Shown here: positions 48,413 through 55,570 of the stretch, in pieces | Numbering within the stretch: the first letter of the stretch is position 1 | How the letters are laid out: each line of letters begins with the position of its first letter | The notes under the pieces: model-generated | Told to the model about the DNA's origin: nothing | Seen by the model: the letters and a program-made list of their open reading frames with translations, nothing else | Databases searched by the model: none | Source of the DNA: a virus | Taxonomy: Duplodnaviria > Caudoviricetes | Reading direction: 5' to 3' (one strand) | IMG/VR virus record: IMGVR_UViG_3300020045_013245 | Span: 1-55,570 of that record | Length of the DNA stretch: 55,570 bases | Translations under genes and position numbers: made by a program

Positions 48413-48589
48413 ATGGATAAAGATCTAAAAAAATTAGAAGAAATAAAAAATGAACTAACAACTCTTCAATCTAAAGTAGAATTTGAAGGAGATGTAGATG
48501 GAATAAAAACTAAGAAATTAGAAGCATTAATGGAAGAATTTGATACAATTTTAAACAATTTAAATTTAGATAAAAATGAAAATAAATAA
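48413..48589 (+). CDS. small coiled-coil protein (58 aa, not in track)
   Basis: MDKDLKKLEEIKNEL...; fills the gap after the promoter. Confidence 0.55.
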   Translation: MDKDLKKLEEIKNELTTLQSKVEFEGDVDGIKTKKLEALMEEFDTILNNLNLDKNENK

Positions 48590-48791
48590 TTTATTTGAAG
48601 GATTTATAACAATGGTTGCTGTTTTAGCTTTAATATGCTTATTACTTGGAGCACCTGTAATGTTATTATGGAATTGGACCTTACCTAATATTTTTGAAGG
48701 AGTACCTAAAATTGGATTTTGGCAAGCTGTAGGATTAAATTTGTTATGTTCATTTTTATTTAAATCAAATGTAACTATACAAAAAGATTAA
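48576..48791 (+). CDS. small membrane protein
   Basis: Hydrophobic; LWNW.LP..F...IGFWQA.G. Confidence 0.7.
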   Translation: MKINNLFEGFITMVAVLALICLLLGAPVMLLWNWTLPNIFEGVPKIGFWQAVGLNLLCSFLFKSNVTIQKD

Positions 48792-48799
48792 TTTAAAAA

Positions 48800-49279
48800 A
48801 TGAAATATCAATCTACTAAATTATTTGATGGTTATTCAATAGCAGTTCGTCAATGGAAAGCAAAACATAGTCATTGTCAATTACTTCATGGATATGGAGT
48901 ATATTTTCATATTACTTTTGAATCAATTGATGGGACTTTGGACGAAATGAATTGGGTTCAGGATTATGGAAGTTTTAAACAAAATGGACTATTAGATTGG
49001 TTAAAAGAAAATTTTGATCATACTACTTTAATTGAAAAGGATGATCCATTTTTACCTTTGTTTCAAGATATGGCTATGAGCGGTATTTGTAAGTTAGTAG
49101 TAATGGAAAAAATGGGAATGGAAACAGTTGCAAAAATGATATTTGAAAAATTTAATGAAAGATTGGCATTAATAGAAGGAGGAAGAGTAAAAGTAGTAAG
49201 AGTTGAAGCTTTTGAACATAATAAAAATTCTGCAATTTATTGTGAAAATAATAAAATAAATTCAGATCCTGTTTTTTAA
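48800..49279 (+). CDS. queD: 6-carboxy-tetrahydropterin synthase
   Basis: HCQLLHGY, FDH, E motifs; clustered with queC and queE. Confidence 0.85.
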   Translation: MKYQSTKLFDGYSIAVRQWKAKHSHCQLLHGYGVYFHITFESIDGTLDEMNWVQDYGSFKQNGLLDWLKENFDHTTLIEKDDPFLPLFQDMAMSGICKLVVMEKMGMETVAKMIFEKFNERLALIEGGRVKVVRVEAFEHNKNSAIYCENNKINSDPVF

Positions 49280-49573
49280 ATGAAAATAAATAAAGATTTT
49301 GAAATGAAAGAAATACATTACTATACTGCTGCGTGGTGTCAACCATGTCAAATTTTAGGTCCTATAATGAATGAATTATCAAATACTTATTCTATGTCTT
49401 TAGGTTCAACATATCCTATTCAAAAAATTGATATTGATACCAATAAAGAATTACAAAGAACTAATAATATTCAAGGAATACCAACAGTTATTGTTTTTGA
49501 AAATGGTACAGAAAAGAAAAGATTAGTTGGTGTGAAATCTAAAACAGAATATATTAATGCTTTTGAAAACTGA
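49280..49573 (+). CDS. thioredoxin
   Basis: WCQPC and IPT motifs. Confidence 0.9.
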   Translation: MKINKDFEMKEIHYYTAAWCQPCQILGPIMNELSNTYSMSLGSTYPIQKIDIDTNKELQRTNNIQGIPTVIVFENGTEKKRLVGVKSKTEYINAFEN

Positions 49574-49739
49574 TGAAATATCTTTATGTAAGGTTCATAG
49601 ACCAATATTACATTCCTGGGATAAACCCTTTAAAACATATATGTTATTAAAAATAAATTTTTCAAACCCAGGATATATTTTTGATGGAAAATTATTTTGT
49701 GAACCTATAATAAAATTTAAAATAAAATATAAAAAATAA
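49557..49739 (+). CDS. hypothetical protein
   Basis: ORF filling the gap in the operon. Confidence 0.4.
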   Translation: MLLKTDEISLCKVHRPILHSWDKPFKTYMLLKINFSNPGYIFDGKLFCEPIIKFKIKYKK

Positions 49740-49742
49740 ATT

Positions 49743-49964
49743 ATGCTTGAGTTAAGAAGTCCTGCAGATCAATGTAATTTTAAAGAATATAATGGAAAAT
49801 ATTTCATTATAGCAAATCATTCAGTTATTTTATGTGAAATAACAAAGGATCAATATAATAAACGTGACTATGAATTATTAAGTAAAGAATTTAATAAATA
49901 TTTGGAAGATAAATATCCTTCCTTTTGGAAAAATCTGTTAAAATATTTAGGTATTAAAAAATAA
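49743..49964 (+). CDS. hypothetical protein
   Basis: ORF in operon. Confidence 0.5.
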   Translation: MLELRSPADQCNFKEYNGKYFIIANHSVILCEITKDQYNKRDYELLSKEFNKYLEDKYPSFWKNLLKYLGIKK

Positions 49965-49969
49965 AGTTT

Positions 49970-50749
49970 ATGCAAATATCACATGAGTTAACTCCTCAAT
50001 TATTTTCTTATTTTGATAAGTATAATGATTATGATTTTATATTACCAAGATTTTGGGAAAAAAATAAAGAATATAGGGAACATTATCAATGTTCTAGTAA
50101 ATTTAAAATATTAGATAATGGATTATTTGAAGGTGATAGTTTTACTGTTATAGAACTTGTAGAAATAATTAATCAAGTACAACCTGATATTTTTATTATT
50201 CCTGATGTATGGAATAATTCTATGTTAACATTTAGAAATGCAAAATATTGGTATAATACAATAAAATCTCAATTACCATTTAAAACTAATTTAATGGTTG
50301 TTTTACAAGGTAATGATTTTAGTGAATTTAAAGGATTATATCAAGAATGTGAAGATTTAGGTATAAGATATTTTGCATTTAATCATTCTTCAAATGCTTA
50401 TCAAAATTTATTTAAACATCCGAATAAATTGGTAAATTCAATGATGGGAAGAAATTTTTTTATTACACAATTACTAAATAAAAATATAATTCAAAATAAT
50501 CATTATATACATTTATTAGGAGGTTCACTTCCACAAGAATTTTTATATTATCCTAAGGATTGGACATTTATAAAATCTGTTGATACTTCATCACCAATAA
50601 TAAATGGAGCATTAGGAATATATTATAATGATTGGGGAATGTCAACTAAACCAGAGCAAAAATTAGAAGAATTTTTTGAAAAAGATTTGACTTCTCAAAT
50701 TCATTATATAGAATATAATATTGGTAGATTTAAAACTTTTGTACAATGA
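49970..50749 (+). CDS. TGT/DpdA-like 7-deazaguanine transglycosylase
   Basis: ILDNG.F, PD, V.QG, HLLG, SVDTSSP motifs of the TGT-type barrel; ATGA-coupled to queC. Confidence 0.65.
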   Translation: MQISHELTPQLFSYFDKYNDYDFILPRFWEKNKEYREHYQCSSKFKILDNGLFEGDSFTVIELVEIINQVQPDIFIIPDVWNNSMLTFRNAKYWYNTIKSQLPFKTNLMVVLQGNDFSEFKGLYQECEDLGIRYFAFNHSSNAYQNLFKHPNKLVNSMMGRNFFITQLLNKNIIQNNHYIHLLGGSLPQEFLYYPKDWTFIKSVDTSSPIINGALGIYYNDWGMSTKPEQKLEEFFEKDLTSQIHYIEYNIGRFKTFVQ

Positions 50750-51615
50750 CGCAAAAAAAATATGCTGTTCTTTCATTAAGTGGAGGTATGGATAGTTCTA
50801 CATTATTACTTCATTTATTAGCAAATGAATATGAAGTAACTGCTTTATCGTTTGATATAGGACAAAAGCATAGAGTAGAATTAGAAAGGGCGACTGAATT
50901 AGTTAAATATTTAAATACTAAAGGATTTAATATTAAACATCAAATAATTGAATTAAAAGGATTAAAAGAATTATTAGTAAGTGGTTTAATAGATAATAAT
51001 TCAATGGAATTAAAAAAAGGACATTATGCTCATGAAAATGCATTAACATCAGTAGTTCCAAATCGTAATGCTATATTTGCTTCTATTACATATGCGGTAG
51101 CTTTATCTAAAGTAAAACAAACCAATGAAAAATGTATTATAGCATTAGGAACACATATGGGAGATTTTGATAATAAAAAACAAACTGGTATATATCCTGA
51201 TTGCTCAGAAGAATTTCGTATTGCTTTAGAACATTCGTTTAAAATAGGAAATTGGGATTCAGATAAAGTAGATTATTATGCTCCATTTAATGACACTGAT
51301 AAAACAGGAGTTTTACAAACTGGAATACAATGTTGTAAGTATCTTGATTTAGATTATAAAGAAATATATAAAAGAACAAATACTAGTTATGCTCCTATAA
51401 AGGTAGAACACAGAGTTAAAGGAGAACCAATTATTATTTGGTATAGTGACTATAAAAGTGGTTCAAGTATAGAACGTATTGAATCGTTTATTAATTTAAG
51501 ACTAGAAGATCCTTTACAATATGCTGAAGAAGATGGCACATTAGTGTCTTGGGAATTTATTAAAAAATATGTTGAAAAAATTTGTAAAGAATGGAAAGAA
51601 AACTTATCTTTATGA
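50746..51615 (+). CDS. queC: 7-cyano-7-deazaguanine synthase
   Basis: SLSGGMDS, GQKH..E, VPNRN, YPDC. Confidence 0.9.
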   Translation: MTQKKYAVLSLSGGMDSSTLLLHLLANEYEVTALSFDIGQKHRVELERATELVKYLNTKGFNIKHQIIELKGLKELLVSGLIDNNSMELKKGHYAHENALTSVVPNRNAIFASITYAVALSKVKQTNEKCIIALGTHMGDFDNKKQTGIYPDCSEEFRIALEHSFKIGNWDSDKVDYYAPFNDTDKTGVLQTGIQCCKYLDLDYKEIYKRTNTSYAPIKVEHRVKGEPIIIWYSDYKSGSSIERIESFINLRLEDPLQYAEEDGTLVSWEFIKKYVEKICKEWKENLSL

Positions 51616-51645
51616 TATTTATAGTAGTACCAAATAGGTTCTATT

Positions 51646-52368
51646 ATGAAAAAAGCTAAAATATATTGTATTTTAAATGAGAACGGTATTCCTATTTATG
51701 TTGGAAAAACTATAAATTTATTAAATAAAAGAAGAATTGACCATAAAAAAGAATATGGAAAAAATATTTCTATATTTTTATTGGATGAAATAGAAAATGA
51801 AAGGAAAGTTTGGAAATTCTGGGAATGTTATTGGATATCACAATTTAAGGCGTGGGGTTTTAAATTAACAAATAACAATGATGGAGGTGGAGGACCTGAA
51901 ACTCATTCTGAAGAATCTAAAATAAAAATGAGAAATCGTAAACATCCTGGAACTTCTCAAAAACTTAAAGGAAGGTTAAGACCAGATGTAAGTGAAAGAT
52001 TTAAAAATAAAAAATTTTCTCAAGAAACTAAAGATAAAATAAAAATTTCCAAAATAGGACATAAATGTTATAAAAATCCTGAAAGAGGTAAAAAAATAAA
52101 AATATCAAATAATAAACATTACAAAGAAAATTCTAATAGGAATAAAAAAATATCTGATAAACTTTTGGGAAGATCTGCTGACTGGATGAAATATAGAAGT
52201 AAACCAATAATGCAATATGATTTGAATATGAATTTAATTAAAGAATGGCCCAGTATAACAGAGGCACAAAATAAAACAAATATAAAAGGAATAGGAAATA
52301 TGTTAAGTAATTTATCTAAAACAGCAGGTAAATATATTTGGAAATATAAAAATAATAATAATGGATAA
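51646..52368 (+). mobile_element. GIY-YIG homing endonuclease with NUMOD-like repeats
   Basis: KIY...YVGKT...R...H, E, N...GG; HSEESK.KM; C-terminal QYDL....IKEWPS..EA...TAGKYIW. Confidence 0.85.
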
Positions 52369-52627
52369 ATTTATTCCTTTATTAGATTGGGTTCATTCAG
52401 AGCTAACAAATAAAGAATGTTTGTATGGATATAGTTATAAATCTAAAGTATATTTTCCATATAGTAAAATAACAGAAGTGAAAACAATAGGCAAAACAGG
52501 AAGATTAGGAGTATCAGGTTTTGCTGAAAATGGTGACAAATTATATATTCAATTAAACTCAACCCATATGGATAAAATAAAAGAACTAGGTTGGTTATCT
52601 AAATTTTTAGAAAATGAAAGTAATTGA
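52361..52627 (+). CDS. hypothetical protein
   Basis: Coupled ORF. Confidence 0.5.
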   Translation: MDKFIPLLDWVHSELTNKECLYGYSYKSKVYFPYSKITEVKTIGKTGRLGVSGFAENGDKLYIQLNSTHMDKIKELGWLSKFLENESN

Positions 52628-52814
52628 TTTGATTATTGCATTACAACAACAAGATCCTAATTTGGATGTTGTTAAAGACATGACTAAAGAACCCTCTGAT
52701 GTATGGAAACTTGCTTTTATTCATGGAGTAGAAGAAGTAAATACTCCTGAAGGTGAAAAATATGTTATGTTACATGGAGGAAATATAGATTTTGAAGAAA
52801 TAAATGAAAATTAA
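52614..52814 (+). CDS. hypothetical protein
   Basis: MKVIDLI..LQQ.DP.LDV start typical of small phage proteins. Confidence 0.55.
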   Translation: MKVIDLIIALQQQDPNLDVVKDMTKEPSDVWKLAFIHGVEEVNTPEGEKYVMLHGGNIDFEEINEN

Positions 52815-52970
52815 TAATGAAAGTTTTATCTAAAAAACAATTGTTAAATATTAAAAGTGAAGATCCTGTTGTTATTAAAATACAACATGAAGTATATATA
52901 AAAAAAGTTTCTGAAAAAATTAATGAATTTGTTCAAGGTAAACATAAAGATAGAATTAAAAAATTTTTAA

Positions 52971-53195
52971 ATGAAAACCATTATAAAAAATAGTATTATT
53001 GAAAGAGAAAACAATGAAGATGCTGAATTCAAAGTAAAACATCAAGGGTGGAAATATATACCTAAATCAGAGTGGAAAACAAATGTTAGAGATATTAATA
53101 AAAAAGTTGAATTATCACCATTACCTGAAATTTATGCTGAAACTGATAAAATAGTAAGTAAAAAGAAATTTTATCAAAAACCTAAAAGATCTTGA
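52971..53195 (+). CDS. hypothetical protein
   Basis: GWKYIPKSEWK motif; intact ORF. Confidence 0.55.
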   Translation: MKTIIKNSIIERENNEDAEFKVKHQGWKYIPKSEWKTNVRDINKKVELSPLPEIYAETDKIVSKKKFYQKPKRS

Positions 53196-53222
53196 TTTTC
53201 CAAAGTTTTTTAATTATATTGA
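53191..53222 (+). promoter_or_regulatory. Bacteroidota-type promoter (CTTG-N20-TATATTGA)
   Basis: Variant of the 41420/48373 motif. Confidence 0.45.
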
Positions 53223-53247
53223 AATATACTAAATAATATAAAAGTTT

Positions 53248-53454
53248 ATGACAAAAAGTAGAAGCACTAAAGTGCAAATGTTTAGAGCTCGCCAACGTAA
53301 AGGTGACTTAACACAATTATCAAATATGACGGGCTTTTCAGTTTCTCATGTTGCTAATGTGTTATCTAATCGTAGAAGTGATTCAAATCCTTCTGTAGTT
53401 GATGCAGCTTACAAACTTAGCTATCGTAGAAAAAGAAATAGTCAATTGGCTTAA
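53248..53454 (+). CDS. small basic HTH DNA-binding protein
   Basis: LTQLSNMTGFSVSHVANVLSNRR HTH pattern; own promoter and terminator. Confidence 0.7.
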   Translation: MTKSRSTKVQMFRARQRKGDLTQLSNMTGFSVSHVANVLSNRRSDSNPSVVDAAYKLSYRRKRNSQLA

Positions 53455-53471
53455 TCTTAATCTACAAAATT

Positions 53472-53507
53472 ACAACTCCTATTTCCCGTAAGAGATGGGG
53501 GTTGTTT
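53472..53507 (+). terminator. intrinsic terminator
   Basis: ACAACTCCTATTTC / GAGATGGGGGTTGT stem plus Ts. Confidence 0.65.
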
Positions 53508-53585
53508 AATATTAATTTCTTTATATTTTTTAACGATTAATTGTTAAAAAACATCTTTTCATAATATTTATACTAAATAATTATT

Positions 53586-54440
53586 ATGGAAAATAAAGTA
53601 TCAAAACATTATGTTTATAAAATAATTAATTTAAAAAATAATAAAATATATATAGGTGTTAGAACGCACCCAAACCCATTTATAGATGATTATATGGGGA
53701 GTAGTACAATTGTTCAAAATATTATAGAAATAGAAGGAATTGAAAATTTTAAAAAAGAAATAATTAAAATATTTGAAACTAGAGAAGAAGCAGAAAATTA
53801 TGAAGGAACTTTTTTAACAGAAGAATTTTGTAATAATCCTAATACTTATAATATAAATAGAACAGGGATATTTGCAAATAACAAACATAGTTTTAGAAAA
53901 GATCTTTGGTATGATTATTATAATGAAATAAGGAAACAATATAATAATGGAAAAACTTTAAAAGAATTAGGAACAAAATATAAATGTGATAGAGGAACAA
54001 TAAAACATATTTGTAGTGATATATTAAGAACTATATCTGAATCACAACAATTAAGATTTAAAAAAGATATAACTTCAGGAGCTCGTGATTTAGAATTTGA
54101 TAAAAATAATATTGAAGAATTAATTAAATTATATCAAATTGATAAATGGAGTGTAAAAAGAATATCAAATAAATTTAATAAAAGTGCTCCCTTTATAACT
54201 AAACGTTTATTAGAAGCAAATATAAATATAAGAAGTAGAAAAGAAAATAATGAAAAAATAAAAAATAAAAGTAGGCAAGATGTTTGGGATAATTTTGAAA
54301 AAATAATAGAATTATATAATCAAGGTTATACAACACCTAAAATAGGTCAAATATTTAAAAGTACATCTACTCTTATTAGAGAAATTTTAATTAAAAATAA
54401 TATTAAACTTAGAAAACCTAATGTCAATTCGAACAGATAA
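53586..54440 (+). mobile_element. GIY-YIG (Seg-like) homing endonuclease with three HTH repeats
   Basis: YVYKIINLKNNKIYIGV, YMGS, NFKKEI, YN; repeated I.ELY..G HTH units. Confidence 0.85.
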
Positions 54441-55248
54441 ATTGCTTATTAGCTCTGATTTTTATAGTATACAGGGAGAAGGTTGTAGTACAGGCATTCC
54501 ATCATATTTTGTTCGTTTAGGAATATGTAATTTATCTTGTGGAATGTCTAATAAGTTTTTGAATAATTTGGTTAAAACTAAATCATTAGAAGATGGAGAA
54601 TTATTTAAAGGAGATTTAGAAGAACAGGGCAAAGCAACATGGACATGTGATTCTACTTCACAATGGGCGTGGAGAGGTGAAGATAAAGATTTTCAATATT
54701 TAATCGATAGATGGAAAGAACAAGGATTATATAAAGATATTAAAAATGGTATTATTCACATAATATGGACAGGAGGAGAACCTACAATTAATAATCATCA
54801 AAAAGCAATAGGCAATTTTTTAAAATATTGGTATTTTATAGATATGAATATTTTTCCATATAATGAAATTGAAACAAATTGGACTAATAATATAGAAAAT
54901 GAATTATTTAAAAATTTAAATCAAATAAATTGTTCACCAAAGTTATCAAATTCAGGTATGTCTGAAAAACAACGTATAATACCTGAAGCTATTAAACGTA
55001 TAATGTTACATCCTAATTATCAATTTAAATTTGTAATTAGTAACGAAGAGGATGTAAAAGAAATGTTTGAAACATATATTAAACCTTTTGAAATATCATT
55101 AAAAAATATAGTTTGTATGCCTGGAATGGATCAACAAATTAATTTTCATGAAAGAACTAGATTTGTTATGGAAATGGCTAAAAAATATAAATTTAGAGGA
55201 ATGTCAAGAATGCATATTAGCGCTTGGGATAAAACACTGAATGTATGA
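54421..55248 (+). CDS. queE: 7-carboxy-7-deazaguanine synthase (radical SAM)
   Basis: FYSIQGEG, FVRL..CNLSC, CDS, TGGEP, IETN, SPKL, KFVI, R.HI. Confidence 0.9.
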   Translation: MSIRTDKLLISSDFYSIQGEGCSTGIPSYFVRLGICNLSCGMSNKFLNNLVKTKSLEDGELFKGDLEEQGKATWTCDSTSQWAWRGEDKDFQYLIDRWKEQGLYKDIKNGIIHIIWTGGEPTINNHQKAIGNFLKYWYFIDMNIFPYNEIETNWTNNIENELFKNLNQINCSPKLSNSGMSEKQRIIPEAIKRIMLHPNYQFKFVISNEEDVKEMFETYIKPFEISLKNIVCMPGMDQQINFHERTRFVMEMAKKYKFRGMSRMHISAWDKTLNV

Positions 55249-55439
55249 AACTTTTATCACCAAAACAAACATTAAATTATCTTAGACAACAATATATTGA
55301 CACTCCAGTATTTAATAAAAATGGAGATATAAATCCTAAATATGAAGAGACTAGAAAAAACCTTCTTGAATCTCCTTTATGGAGAAATGAGAATATTAAT
55401 GAATTTTATAAAGCTAACCCTCATTTAAAAGAAAAATAA
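55245..55439 (+). CDS. hypothetical protein
   Basis: ATGA-coupled to queE. Confidence 0.5.
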   Translation: MKLLSPKQTLNYLRQQYIDTPVFNKNGDINPKYEETRKNLLESPLWRNENINEFYKANPHLKEK

Positions 55440-55570
55440 ATTTTAAACCAAAAAACAAAAAATATGACATTGATTTTAGTAATAGCTATTTTAGTAATAG
55501 CTGGTGTAATAGCTTATAAAGCTAAAAACAAAAAACAGAAGAAACAACATTTAAAGCACCTTTTGAAGTA

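Noticed and set aside
4599-49346. Short minus-strand and nested ORFs in the track (4599, 7995, 12798, 18652, 23367, 28150, 28976, 29086, 34091, 39126, 41083, 41666, 43557, 43875, 44617, 47233, 49152)
   Set aside because: They lie within or opposite well-supported genes and show no motifs
1-55570. Stop-codon reassignment
   Set aside because: Core genes are full length in the standard code, and TAA, TGA and TAG all end genes
1-55570. tRNAs, introns or inteins
   Set aside because: None recognisable by eye; nrdJ, helicase and RecA-like genes look uninterrupted; a covariance search would be needed to exclude small RNAs

Overview
Most of the window (about 3765-55570, all + strand) is a very AT-rich, large T4-like myophage segment. 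The host is probably Bacteroidota/FCB, judging from promoter-like motifs and mostly SD-less starts. It carries a head/neck/tail/baseplate operon: scaffold, major capsid, PhoH, gp13/14/15-like, repeat-rich fibres, sheath, tube, tail chaperone, tape measure and baseplate. A replication block follows (short PolA-like, gp32-like SSB, UvsX/RecA, 5'-3' exonuclease, DnaB, class II RNR), then 7-deazaguanine genes (QueD, TGT/DpdA-like, QueC, QueE), with four homing endonucleases interspersed. The first ~3.8 kb looks chimeric: a tandem array of small SH3/KOW-like ORFs, then an inverted scaffold/capsid fragment from a related phage, then an inverted protease fragment. The most striking feature is a family of about 15 small ORFs wedged between core virion genes, mostly by ATGA/TAATG overlaps. 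They share a ~10-residue leader M(I/Y)KLxxI(L/Y)xE|IK that resembles a capsid-targeting, protease-cleaved signal, followed by hypervariable payloads. Six members repeat the E|IK site internally, as a polyprotein would, and some share 36-40 bp identical DNA boxes. I interpret this as a dispersed, shuffled head-packaged effector system (inference). Other points are a probable +1/-2 frameshift in the tail chaperone, start-codon-sequestering hairpins on three homing endonucleases, and a pervasive [S/T]-x-S motif in virion proteins. All assignments are by eye from motifs and synteny; no searches were run.
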